Positions 25,073-34,468 of a DNA stretch of 55,761 bases are shown here, piece after piece (position 1 is the first letter of the stretch; each line of letters begins with the position of its first letter). The notes under the pieces were generated by a model that had not been told where the DNA came from, did no database searches, and saw only the letters and a list, made by a program, of their open reading frames with translations. The stretch is from Candidatus Limenecus sp. Its GTDB lineage: Bacteria; Cyanobacteriota; Vampirovibrionia; Gastranaerophilales; Gastranaerophilaceae. The position numbers and the translations under genes are program-made. Location: NCBI GenBank assembly GCA_045531805.1, contig JAZSES010000224.1:1-55761 (forward strand), in the 5' to 3' direction.

Positions 25073-25396
25073 ATGATAGTAAGTATCGACCAAATACAAA
25101 ATGGCGTAGTACGATTTATTGAAAATGAAATTAGCGCAAAAGCGGTTGGTTTCGACAAATTTAAAGTAAATTTTGTACTTCCTAAAGTGCCAAAGATTAT
25201 ATCCGATTTAATGGTACAATATAAAGATAATATACTATTAAAAGAATACTTCGACGAAAATGGCAATGTTAAACTAAATGAACTATATAATAGTGCTAAG
25301 ACTGCTATGCAAAAGAGTGGTCAGTTTACTTTTGCGGGCTTAATATTTAAAGAAGCTGACGTCGACTTAATGTATGAATATATTAAGTCAATGTAA
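25073..25396 (+). CDS. hypothetical protein (107 aa)
   Basis: ORF with AAGGAG RBS. Confidence 0.6.
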   Translation: MIVSIDQIQNGVVRFIENEISAKAVGFDKFKVNFVLPKVPKIISDLMVQYKDNILLKEYFDENGNVKLNELYNSAKTAMQKSGQFTFAGLIFKEADVDLMYEYIKSM

Positions 25397-25407
25397 TCGG
25401 AGGTTAT

Positions 25408-25842
25408 ATGCATAGAAAAATAATTAGTCATATAATTGACCACGGTACATCTGAGCACATGCATGAATTAAAAGAAGTGTTGTGCAAAACAATTGATAAA
25501 CTAAAAATGATTGACCATGACACATACAAAGAGATAGAATATTGTTTATACAAAATAGCATACGGTGAGCATCTAAGTGAAGAGCTAGCAAAAGTGTGGG
25601 TAGCTAGTATGAAAAACAAAGATGGTACACACGGTGAACATTGGTCTATCACTCAAACTGAACAGTTTAATACCAATTGTGATAAATACGAGTGGTATGC
25701 TGTTTTAAACATGATGTACAGTGATTATTATAGTAGTAAATTTACAACTGCTGACTATGTAGAATTAGCTAGAAACTGGTTTAATGACCCAGATGCTAAT
25801 GAAGGTAAGACACTAAAATATTATATGCTCGTTGTTAGATAA
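25408..25842 (+). CDS. hypothetical protein (144 aa)
   Basis: ORF with GGAGGT RBS. His-rich N-terminus. Confidence 0.6.
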   Translation: MHRKIISHIIDHGTSEHMHELKEVLCKTIDKLKMIDHDTYKEIEYCLYKIAYGEHLSEELAKVWVASMKNKDGTHGEHWSITQTEQFNTNCDKYEWYAVLNMMYSDYYSSKFTTADYVELARNWFNDPDANEGKTLKYYMLVVR

Positions 25843-25853
25843 CGGAGGAAATA

Positions 25854-26057
25854 ATGACAAACGACGTACTTGAACATTTAAAAGCTATTAAACGTGAAAT
25901 AGCTATGGTTCGCGAAGCAGTAAACAATTGTATAAAATACTGCGATGAACAATCAAAACTAAATGAGCAATACCGAGAAGTTATAGATACTCAGGCAAAG
26001 AAAATAAAAGGTTTGGAAGTAGATATTCAAATCTTGAAAGACGGAGGTAATATATAA
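25854..26057 (+). CDS. hypothetical coiled-coil protein (67 aa)
   Basis: ORF with GGAGG RBS. TAATG-coupled to the next gene. Confidence 0.55.
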   Translation: MTNDVLEHLKAIKREIAMVREAVNNCIKYCDEQSKLNEQYREVIDTQAKKIKGLEVDIQILKDGGNI

Positions 26058-26497
26058 TGTTTTTACAATGGATAGAAGCGAATGCAGGTTCGATTGCACT
26101 AATCTGTTCAATCGTAGTAGGTGTATGTAGTGCGGTTGCAGCAGTTGCCAGTATGCTTAAAGCAATTAAAACTGGTAGAGTAACTACCGCGCAATACAAT
26201 GAGCTTCGTGATAAAATCGGTGTAACACAAGAAGGTATTGTAGAAGCTTTTAAACAAGTTAAATTTCCAACTACTTGGAAAGTAGACTTAAGTAAAAAGT
26301 TTGACGCTAAATTCGACGAATTAAGCAATAGGCTATATAACAAACTTGTTAATCAAGATGAAGCAAAAACAAGGTTAATAATTTATATGGCGAAAATTAT
26401 GTCAAACACTGCAGCTTATCATAAGCTAACTGCCGACGAGAAAGCTGAGTTGACATCACTATTAACAATTGTTAATGAACTAGAACTAGATAAATAG
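26057..26497 (+). CDS. membrane-anchored protein (one N-terminal TM), holin-like candidate
   Basis: 146 aa. Hydrophobic segment AGSIALICSIVVGVCSAVAAVASML, then a hydrophilic helical remainder. GGAGGT RBS. Confidence 0.55.
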   Translation: MFLQWIEANAGSIALICSIVVGVCSAVAAVASMLKAIKTGRVTTAQYNELRDKIGVTQEGIVEAFKQVKFPTTWKVDLSKKFDAKFDELSNRLYNKLVNQDEAKTRLIIYMAKIMSNTAAYHKLTADEKAELTSLLTIVNELELDK

Positions 26498-26505
26498 GAG
26501 ATATT

Positions 26506-27078
26506 ATGAGCAAACCAACTATTAAAAAATTAAAGTATCCACTTTGGTATAATATTGTGTTTGCGGTTCTAACTATTGGAATACCACTAGGCTTATTTGT
26601 GTTTGAGTGTCTAACTGCTGCTCAAACACAAGCAGGTGTAGTGTTTAAGGTATCATTTGTAGCAATAACCCTATTGATAATAGCTTGGTTGTTTTTGAAC
26701 CATTTTGTTATTAAGAAATTCAAAGAAAAAATTGCAGCAAAGCAAGTGTTACTCGAGCATGATTATTCAGCTCAAGTTGGAAACCCAGACGCATTGAAAG
26801 CTTTGTGGTATGCTAATGAAAAATGGTTGACTCTATTTGAGTTAGTCGGAGTATTATTATACGGAGGACTTGGAGCTTTAATACTTATTGCTGTACAAGG
26901 TGCAGTGATTAAAGTTAAAGGCATACTAATCATAACAGCAATGTGTTATGCAATAGCATATACTATGAAATACTTATTGTTGATTATGAGAAAGGAGGCT
27001 GATGATGAAACAGACATTAGAGCAGAAAAGTCAAAAGCTAATAAAGTCAACGATACAAAAGCTAATAGCAAAGATTAG
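26506..27078 (+). CDS. polytopic membrane protein (about 4 TM)
   Basis: 190 aa. Four long hydrophobic segments and a charged C-terminal tail. AGGAG RBS. Confidence 0.6.
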   Translation: MSKPTIKKLKYPLWYNIVFAVLTIGIPLGLFVFECLTAAQTQAGVVFKVSFVAITLLIIAWLFLNHFVIKKFKEKIAAKQVLLEHDYSAQVGNPDALKALWYANEKWLTLFELVGVLLYGGLGALILIAVQGAVIKVKGILIITAMCYAIAYTMKYLLLIMRKEADDETDIRAEKSKANKVNDTKANSKD

Positions 27079-28030
27079 TGTATTTGCAGTATTTGCTGCA
27101 TTGATAATTGTCGGCATATCTTATGCCGGTTTAACGTTCAGTATAAGCTTAAAAGTAATTGTAAGTGTAGCAATACCTTCTATAATTTTAGCATTGTCTT
27201 GTATTATCCTTTACGAATTATGGATAAAGACCGGGCGAGATGATGCTAAAAGCGAGAAAGAATATATTGAATTGTTGAAAGAATACCAAAAGCAATCTAG
27301 TCATCTAAATGAAGACGTGATGCAAGAATTTATTGAAGCTGAAAAACAAAGACGTTATAATGTTGAATACAATAGACTTACACATGAAATAGACAGGATA
27401 ACAAAAATTGTAAATATGCTTAGTGAACTTAAAAAACCAAGTAAATTAGAAGCAATTAGATTATCCATAAATAAGCATAGATTAGTTAAACTAACTAAAG
27501 CTAGAGAGTGTATAATTATCGATATGCCATATACATATAGCGAACAATTTGACCAGCTTCGATATGCAGCTGACGAAGGTAAATTAAAAGAGTATAAACC
27601 AAATGATACCGCGATATACGTTAGCGGTAGAAGAGCTAGAAAATATACTACGATTATAACGACAACCTTAGTAGGTCTTAATATAGTATCACCAAGTATT
27701 GGTGGACAAAATTGGTTTATAGCATTGTTTATGACTTTATTGTCAGCAATTGCTTTAATATCGTCACTTATATCAGGTTTTAGTACTGGATATAATGCCA
27801 TAGCCGTGTCTAGTACTGGTGTATATAAGACAGCTTTAAATTTTATTGATAAAGCAGAAGCATATTGTGCTAAATATAAAAAGCAACTTAGATATGTACA
27901 AATCGAAGAAATATCTGAAATACCTGATGATATTAATAAAGTTGAAGAGACCGAGCAACCTCAAGTAGAAGAAGTCAAAGCTGAAGAAAGTCAAATATCT
28001 ATGGAAATTTTTGACAATTTATTAAAATAA
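27002..28030 (+). CDS. membrane protein (2+2 TM with central coiled-coil)
   Basis: 342 aa. The ATG at 27002 follows AGGAGG. Overlaps the previous gene by 77 nt in another frame. Confidence 0.6.
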   Translation: MMKQTLEQKSQKLIKSTIQKLIAKISVFAVFAALIIVGISYAGLTFSISLKVIVSVAIPSIILALSCIILYELWIKTGRDDAKSEKEYIELLKEYQKQSSHLNEDVMQEFIEAEKQRRYNVEYNRLTHEIDRITKIVNMLSELKKPSKLEAIRLSINKHRLVKLTKARECIIIDMPYTYSEQFDQLRYAADEGKLKEYKPNDTAIYVSGRRARKYTTIITTTLVGLNIVSPSIGGQNWFIALFMTLLSAIALISSLISGFSTGYNAIAVSSTGVYKTALNFIDKAEAYCAKYKKQLRYVQIEEISEIPDDINKVEETEQPQVEEVKAEESQISMEIFDNLLK

Positions 28031-28094
28031 GTGAATTTATTCTTAATAAACTGAATAAAATATAATATAGACAATTGATTATCGGCAATCGTCT
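28008..28094 (+). promoter_or_regulatory. head-operon promoter region: TTTTTGACAA box, AAATATAATATAGAC box and hairpin
   Basis: TTGACA at 28011-28016 and TATAAT at 28061-28066. AGACAATTG (28069-28077) pairs with CAATCGTCT (28086-28094) with one mismatch. Confidence 0.45.
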
Positions 28095-28143
28095 TTGAGC
28101 GAACGAGGTTGTGACGCTCGCAACCAAAAAGGAACATAGTAAT

Positions 28144-28872
28144 ATGGAAAAAGAAATTGCAGGTCAAGAAATTGACGAGGACATTGAATTAAGCGTTGAC
28201 GACTTGTTCAAAGATCCAGAGGATTCGCAAACTCAAGATAACAGTCAAGGCCAAAGTTCTGATGATAGTAAGAATGATGGTAACGAAAATCTAACTAAGA
28301 ATATGACTAAACGAATTAACGAAGTTAGACGTAAGACAGAGTTAGAAGTTCAAGATAGAGTAGCTAAACAAGCCGGCTATGCGTCATATGAAGATATGAT
28401 GAAAGCTACTGAAAGAAAAATAGTTGAAGACCAAGGATATGACCCAGACGAAATAAACAAATTATTGGAACCACTAATCGAGAAAAGATTGAGTAACGAC
28501 CCAAGATTTAAGAAGTTAGAAGAAATCGAAAGTCGTGAAAAAGATGCATATTTATCTCAACAACTTGCTGCTATAAATAAGATTTCAGATGTTAAGTATA
28601 AATCAGTTAATGACTTACCAGATGAAACATTAAATTTGTTTGCAAAGGGTGTGGACTTAAAACAAGCATTCTACGCAACCCAAGGCGAAGGTCTATTAAG
28701 TAAAGCAGCAAATAAGGCGAACAACGGTTCACTTAATCATTTAGCACCATTACCAAATGGAAATGGAGTCAAAACACGTGGTTTAAACGCTGATGAAAAA
28801 GCAATGTATCGTATGATTATTCCAGGTATAACTGAAGAAGAACTATCAAAGAAAACAATTGAAATAGACTAA
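28144..28872 (+). CDS. putative scaffolding protein
   Basis: 242 aa from the ATG at 28144; the track start at 28111 is GTG. Acidic, Ser/Asp/Gln-rich N-terminus and helical Lys/Glu-rich body. Lies two genes upstream of the capsid-like gene. Confidence 0.5.
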   Translation: MEKEIAGQEIDEDIELSVDDLFKDPEDSQTQDNSQGQSSDDSKNDGNENLTKNMTKRINEVRRKTELEVQDRVAKQAGYASYEDMMKATERKIVEDQGYDPDEINKLLEPLIEKRLSNDPRFKKLEEIESREKDAYLSQQLAAINKISDVKYKSVNDLPDETLNLFAKGVDLKQAFYATQGEGLLSKAANKANNGSLNHLAPLPNGNGVKTRGLNADEKAMYRMIIPGITEEELSKKTIEID

Positions 28873-28883
28873 GGAGATAATGT

Positions 28884-29327
28884 ATGAATATCAAAGAAGG
28901 TTTTAGAGCAGAATTCAATACAGGTTATCTACAAATCGAAACTGTTTTGCACCAAGCATTGGTAAAAAATGGAATTGATAAATCTGTACATGATGCTACA
29001 AAAACAGGCTATGGTGTTGGTAGACTTGTAAAAGTAACTAAGAACACTGACGGCACTTACACTATTGACAAGCCTAGTACAGGTGTTGGTAGTTTAGCAG
29101 CAGGAGCTAACGAAAGTGCAATTACAACAGCATTGGCTGCTGGTATTGGTGATGCAACTCACATCATCGCACAATCTGATAACACAATCAGAGATACTAT
29201 TGACGATTACGTTAAAGACGAAAAGTATGACGGAATTGTTAAAAATTCACCAACTGAATATAAGACAGTTGCTGTGTACAAAATCGTTAACGCTGACGAT
29301 ATAAAATTAGTAAGAGTTTATGCATAA
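28884..29327 (+). CDS. hypothetical head-module protein (147 aa; decoration or minor capsid candidate)
   Basis: ORF with AAGGAG RBS between the scaffold-like and capsid-like genes. Confidence 0.6.
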   Translation: MNIKEGFRAEFNTGYLQIETVLHQALVKNGIDKSVHDATKTGYGVGRLVKVTKNTDGTYTIDKPSTGVGSLAAGANESAITTALAAGIGDATHIIAQSDNTIRDTIDDYVKDEKYDGIVKNSPTEYKTVAVYKIVNADDIKLVRVYA

Positions 29328-29341
29328 GGAGGAAGTGAATA

Positions 29342-30610
29342 ATGCAGTTTTTTAATATTGACAAGGCATTAAGCCTACCGCAAATATTTAATGTAATGCA
29401 TAACGCACTAGATGAGCTTTATGCAAAACGTAACGAGGAATTCCAAAAAGATAACCCTCTAAAGAAAATCTATAAGATGGTACCACTTAACCAGTTCCAA
29501 AAAACTTTCGGTTCTAGTATCGGTTTCAAACAAGCTTTCGAGCAAACAGTTGACTATGCTAGCTATCCAGGTTTCACAAACGGTAATGGTTTTAAAGCTA
29601 CTATCGGCTACAAACCATTCAATGGTAAAGTAGTATTTACTTGGCAAACAATTCTAGAAGGTGATACTGCTGGAATGAGCGAAACACTTTCTGAGTACCA
29701 AATTGCTTGGCAAAGACAGCTAGTTGAATATGGTATGTTCGCACTAACTGGTTTCTTCGGTGGTAAGATTTATGACAAAGTATCTAAAACTCACATGAAG
29801 ATACAATCAGCTGATACTGAAGATGGTGACCCAATGGGTGATGTACACAATCCAGTATTCTGTAACGCACATACAATTGTTAGAACAGATGACATGACTG
29901 ACGAAGTATTTAACAAAGCTAAACAATCTAACAAGTACTATATCAATGTAAAGCTTGATGGTACAGACCCTCTAGCATACGCTAAGATTGCTGATGGTTT
30001 AAATCAAATTAAAGTTAGAATGAACAAGTTAAAAGACGATAACAACCAATATGCGGGTCTAAGAGGACGTAAGTTGTTAGTTGCTACTGAAGACGCTAGA
30101 TTAAACGGTGTTCTAGACAGTGTATTAGCAGCAGATGACTTCTCAGCAACTGTTGGTGAACCAACTCTTAACTTGGCAAAAGGTAAGTTTGATACTTACT
30201 ACACACCATACCTTGAAGGTAATCCAGACCAAGAAATTCCTATGTTTGCTACAAATGAAGCAGATGGTTATGCTCATGGTATCTTGATGCTTGACCCTGA
30301 ATACAACAATGCTAACAAAGGACCTATGATGGTTGAACGTCTTGGCTTCAGCATGAAAGCTGTTAAGACTGACGAACCAGAAGGTATCAAATATCTTGGT
30401 AAACAAGCATTTGACTTCTTCTGTCCAACATGGAGAGGTGTTGCTTATATTCATATTGGAGTACCAACAGGTACTAAAGGTTCTAAGAAATGGAATGACC
30501 CTGAGACATTTACTCCAATTGAACCAATGGCATTTGGTAAAGCAGTTACAATTGTTGACGAAAAAACAAATGAAGCTGCTACTCAAACTACAAATACTCA
30601 AGGAGAGTAA
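29342..30610 (+). CDS. putative major capsid protein
   Basis: 422 aa with AAGGAGG RBS. Called from its position after the scaffold-like gene and the strong terminator right after it. No motif verified. Confidence 0.6.
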   Translation: MQFFNIDKALSLPQIFNVMHNALDELYAKRNEEFQKDNPLKKIYKMVPLNQFQKTFGSSIGFKQAFEQTVDYASYPGFTNGNGFKATIGYKPFNGKVVFTWQTILEGDTAGMSETLSEYQIAWQRQLVEYGMFALTGFFGGKIYDKVSKTHMKIQSADTEDGDPMGDVHNPVFCNAHTIVRTDDMTDEVFNKAKQSNKYYINVKLDGTDPLAYAKIADGLNQIKVRMNKLKDDNNQYAGLRGRKLLVATEDARLNGVLDSVLAADDFSATVGEPTLNLAKGKFDTYYTPYLEGNPDQEIPMFATNEADGYAHGILMLDPEYNNANKGPMMVERLGFSMKAVKTDEPEGIKYLGKQAFDFFCPTWRGVAYIHIGVPTGTKGSKKWNDPETFTPIEPMAFGKAVTIVDEKTNEAATQTTNTQGE

Positions 30611-30622
30611 TCGATAATCAAA

Positions 30623-30658
30623 AGTAGACCTGAGATTACTTAGGTCTACTTTATTTTT
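30623..30658 (+). terminator. rho-independent terminator after capsid gene
   Basis: AGTAGACCT (30623-30631) pairs with AGGTCTACT (30642-30650), followed by TTATTTTT. Confidence 0.8.
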
Positions 30659-30661
30659 AAT

Positions 30662-30703
30662 TAGAGCGCTGCCATAAAACTCCTGTCTGGCAAGCTTGCT
30701 CTA
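30662..30703 (+). other. second GC-rich stem-loop between capsid and downstream virion genes
   Basis: TAGAGCGCTGCCA ... TGGCAAGCTTGCTCTA. The outer pair is TAGAGC/GCTCTA and the inner pair is GCCA/TGGC. No T-run follows. Confidence 0.4.
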
Positions 30704-30730
30704 TAACCCTACGGGGGAGGAGGATATAAT

Positions 30731-31549
30731 ATGTATACATACGGTTATTTAAGAGAAGCGACAATGGCGCACATTGATTTAGAAGAACAAGAAGCTCAAG
30801 ATATGAACTTACTTAAAAAGTTTCCAATCTGGGCAAATGAAGCAATGCAAGCTATTTGTGGCACAAAACCGAAACATAAGTACTTTGAGCCAAAGATAGT
30901 AAAGGAGTATAAACCTGTTGTAGAAGTATACTACAATGACGGTTCTATAGAACATAGATTTGCTACCGATGACGAGAAGTACTTTTTTAATAGCGAAAAT
31001 AACACAGATATTAAACTACCGGAAGGAGCGGTAGATATTAAATTATGTGTTGACGAAATTGAAATAGAAAAATATAATAACGAACAAAACGTTTATCTAA
31101 TCAATAAAGGTATATTATTACCAGAGGACTATATTGCTTTTGCTAATAAGCAAGCTTTTAGAAAAGAAACTAGATACAATAATCTTGAAGATTATATTAC
31201 CAGTATTTACGATTGGCAAGACAATATGTGTAATGACTATTGGGGTCCAGTTGGTAAAAATGATTATATGATTGTTGGAGCTAGAACTATAATATTCAAT
31301 AAAATAGGTGAGTATAAGATACCATATAAAGCTGTTTGGTATAGGTTCACATCAGCTATGAGTGACCACGACGAAATAGATATGCCGGTAGATATATTTA
31401 ATTGTATACCGTTATATATTGCAAGCGAAGCATTACAAATAGACTATGCTCAAAAAGCACAAATTAAAAGGTCTGAATTTGAAATGGCATTAGCGCGTGT
31501 TACAATAGATAATCAATTACCAACAAAACAAATTAGGCCAATATTTTAG
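30731..31549 (+). CDS. hypothetical virion protein (272 aa; head-tail adaptor candidate by position)
   Basis: ORF with GGAGGAGG RBS, first after the capsid terminator. Confidence 0.6.
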   Translation: MYTYGYLREATMAHIDLEEQEAQDMNLLKKFPIWANEAMQAICGTKPKHKYFEPKIVKEYKPVVEVYYNDGSIEHRFATDDEKYFFNSENNTDIKLPEGAVDIKLCVDEIEIEKYNNEQNVYLINKGILLPEDYIAFANKQAFRKETRYNNLEDYITSIYDWQDNMCNDYWGPVGKNDYMIVGARTIIFNKIGEYKIPYKAVWYRFTSAMSDHDEIDMPVDIFNCIPLYIASEALQIDYAQKAQIKRSEFEMALARVTIDNQLPTKQIRPIF

Positions 31550-31559
31550 GAGGTGCTAA

Positions 31560-34451
31560 ATGGGAACATTTAAGAGAACACCTTTTGAAATAGATACTAC
31601 TGTTAGAAACGGCAGCAAGTACTTAAATCAAATGCAGTTTAATGGTATTATTCAAAATAACAATACATTTGACGTAGACCAAAATTCGCTAACAGATGCA
31701 TTAAATGTATATGTTAACGAACAAAACACTTTGGTTAGTAGAGAACCTTTGATAAAAGATAACATCGAAATTGATTATCCGACTAAAACAGCTCAGCTTA
31801 TTGACATTAAAGAGACTAATAATGTTAAAGTGTTCGTTTTTAAAGATAGCGAAAAATATACAATAATTGCTTATAAAAACGGAGCATCCGATAATATTAC
31901 TGATATTACACAATATTATATAACTATCTTTAATCAATATATTATCTGCTGGAATAACTCAGGAGCGAAAGTAATAGATACTAACGCGGATTTAAAGTGG
32001 AAATCAATGAATGATTTTGCCGAAATTCCAGTTACAAAAATTACAGCAGGTAGTAGTGTAACTACTTATGAACGAAATAATCTAATTCCAAATGACTACA
32101 AAGAACAATATATTTATAAAAACGGTATTGAAAGTATGCTGCCAGAACCAACGGATAATGCTACTATTACTGGAGAAATAAGCACAAATGCAGGTGTGCT
32201 TGAGATTACTAATCTACAATTAGAACAATCATATCTTAAGTATCAATTGATTAAACCGTTGAATATTGTTGTAGACAAAAATTCTCAAGTGTCTTTTAGT
32301 ACTAATAGCTCGGGTATAACTATTATAGCGGTAGCATCGCAGGAGTTTGTATATTTATCATATGATGCTGGTCAAACATTTATTGCAGTTAAATTGCCGG
32401 GCAGAAGTGTATCAAACGAATTTACAATACGTTCATTAAGTGATGATGGTGCGACATTCTTTTATTTGCATCCACGAGAAGGTGTTTATTGTTTAAGTAC
32501 TGACGAGTTAAATTGGGAATTGATTAAAGTAAGTGATGCAGACGATGGCTTTGACGGAACGGTTATTGGTTATCACCTACTAAATAAAGAAAATTTTTGT
32601 TTTTTAACAAATTATAGCGGCGCTGTATATTTTTATTTCAAAGGTGTAAATATGAATTATGCTAGTGGAATAACACGCGTAACTAATCTTAGTAGTCCTT
32701 TGTCTATAGAATACAGTGATGGATTTAACTATTTGACTAGAATGTGTAAGATATTCTATGACAGTGTAAATAAACGATCTATCGCGCTATATTGGTCAAC
32801 TACTAACTACTTAGTAGCTATGGTTGGTAGACCAAGCACTCAAAGCGCGGATAGCGCTCTTACTAGTATTAAAAATTCTTATACGGACTCAAGAACAATT
32901 GAAGACGTAGACTTTAATTCAGATACTCGTATTTTGACTATAAGTGGTATAAAATATGACGCAGATTTAGCGTGGTATTCAAAATATACTACAACAGTGA
33001 ATTTTACAGATATGAGCGGCACTATAGTTAGCGATGATTATAGTCAAGATTTAACAAATAATCCAGCATATCAGCCTAAAGAAAACGACGTATATTATCA
33101 TTTTCCGTTCAAACTAGATACAAATATGTATATTGATGCAGGTGGTAGAAGCTTAATTGATTATTCTACTGATACTCAAATATATTTTCCAACAGTTGAT
33201 GGTAAATTAGGCCTCGGTACATATAGATATCCTAAAATATCAACGGACGGTAATGGGAAGTTTATATTATATTCAGTATCAAATGGTCAATCCGACTTTT
33301 GGGATTTTGAAGCTAGTTGGATATTCACAAATATTTTAACCGATAATGATGAAGTCACTATAAGTTACACGTATAAGTCAAACGATAGTATTAAGTCGGT
33401 TCCAACACTATCATATAGTGGTTCTGAATTATTTTTAGCGTTTGACAATACTTTAATGATTACTAAAAACACAAAAGACGGCGAAAACACGCTCTTCAAC
33501 TTGCCAAAAGTATACACACAATCTTTTGCGAATAATATCGAAGCCATTATAAATATATCAACTACTGAGTTAGCAATATTCTTTGAAAACGGAATAACAA
33601 TTTGTTCAAAGGTTACTGACGATCTTTTAGGGTATAATTATAATTTAGCTAAAACTAGATTAACGTTAGGTACTAAATTCGGTGATAGTGTTATAAATAC
33701 TGCAGACGGCGCAAGTACTTTATACGCAACGCCTCGAGGTTTAGCAATCATGAACTATCAAGCGTATATGGCAACTACAGACCAGACGTTACAATTTGTT
33801 AGTGACAAAATATATGCTATATGGAATAAATTCTATTTATCGAGCGAAAACATAACTTTAGTACAACATGGAGATTATATATTTGTTTACAACACAAGTA
33901 ATCAATACTTAATGTTAGACTTACGTAATTATAGTTGGTGGAAATTTGAAATACCATTTAATATTAAAAAAATAATAACAGACCAAATCGACTTACGCGT
34001 TATAAGTGATAAATTATACAAATTTAAACATATAAATAACAATACTGACAAAATAGAAGATGATTATGTAGATAATCAATACTATGATGTTGACAATGAG
34101 CCAATACGATGGATGTTTATGTCGCAAAGATTACATTTCAATTTACCTAATCATTACAAAAATATGAAACAATTAGTATTTCATATGATACAATCAACCG
34201 GACATATTTCTACTTTTAACGCACAAGTTAAATTGTATCGAAACAGTGTAAACTATAAAGACATGGAAGTTATACCGTTTGACTTCAATTTTGCAGTAGA
34301 CGAGTTTAGAACATTTGTTAAACGCTTCAATTATTGGAAAATAAACTTGTTGCAATATGGTGTTGCGAACGACGATAAAGCAGCGGTTCCAGCGAGACTA
34401 GTGTGTAACGGAATAGATATAAAATACGAAATAGGAGATGAAGTGCGTTAG
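31560..34451 (+). CDS. large virion protein with Asp-box (BNR-like) motifs
   Basis: 963 aa with AGGAGGTG RBS. One canonical Asp-box, SYDAGQTF, at aa 267-274 and a near-match, SDDGATF, at aa 294-300. These suggest a beta-propeller-type domain. Confidence 0.65.
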   Translation: MGTFKRTPFEIDTTVRNGSKYLNQMQFNGIIQNNNTFDVDQNSLTDALNVYVNEQNTLVSREPLIKDNIEIDYPTKTAQLIDIKETNNVKVFVFKDSEKYTIIAYKNGASDNITDITQYYITIFNQYIICWNNSGAKVIDTNADLKWKSMNDFAEIPVTKITAGSSVTTYERNNLIPNDYKEQYIYKNGIESMLPEPTDNATITGEISTNAGVLEITNLQLEQSYLKYQLIKPLNIVVDKNSQVSFSTNSSGITIIAVASQEFVYLSYDAGQTFIAVKLPGRSVSNEFTIRSLSDDGATFFYLHPREGVYCLSTDELNWELIKVSDADDGFDGTVIGYHLLNKENFCFLTNYSGAVYFYFKGVNMNYASGITRVTNLSSPLSIEYSDGFNYLTRMCKIFYDSVNKRSIALYWSTTNYLVAMVGRPSTQSADSALTSIKNSYTDSRTIEDVDFNSDTRILTISGIKYDADLAWYSKYTTTVNFTDMSGTIVSDDYSQDLTNNPAYQPKENDVYYHFPFKLDTNMYIDAGGRSLIDYSTDTQIYFPTVDGKLGLGTYRYPKISTDGNGKFILYSVSNGQSDFWDFEASWIFTNILTDNDEVTISYTYKSNDSIKSVPTLSYSGSELFLAFDNTLMITKNTKDGENTLFNLPKVYTQSFANNIEAIINISTTELAIFFENGITICSKVTDDLLGYNYNLAKTRLTLGTKFGDSVINTADGASTLYATPRGLAIMNYQAYMATTDQTLQFVSDKIYAIWNKFYLSSENITLVQHGDYIFVYNTSNQYLMLDLRNYSWWKFEIPFNIKKIITDQIDLRVISDKLYKFKHINNNTDKIEDDYVDNQYYDVDNEPIRWMFMSQRLHFNLPNHYKNMKQLVFHMIQSTGHISTFNAQVKLYRNSVNYKDMEVIPFDFNFAVDEFRTFVKRFNYWKINLLQYGVANDDKAAVPARLVCNGIDIKYEIGDEVR

Positions 34452-34468
34452 CACAAGGAGGTGATAAA

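Noticed and set aside
26990-27078. The overlap of 26506..27078 and 27002..28030 as a programmed ribosomal frameshift site.
   Set aside because: I saw no slippery heptamer (X XXY YYZ) in the overlap. The downstream frame has its own perfect AGGAGG plus ATG, so independent initiation is the simpler explanation.
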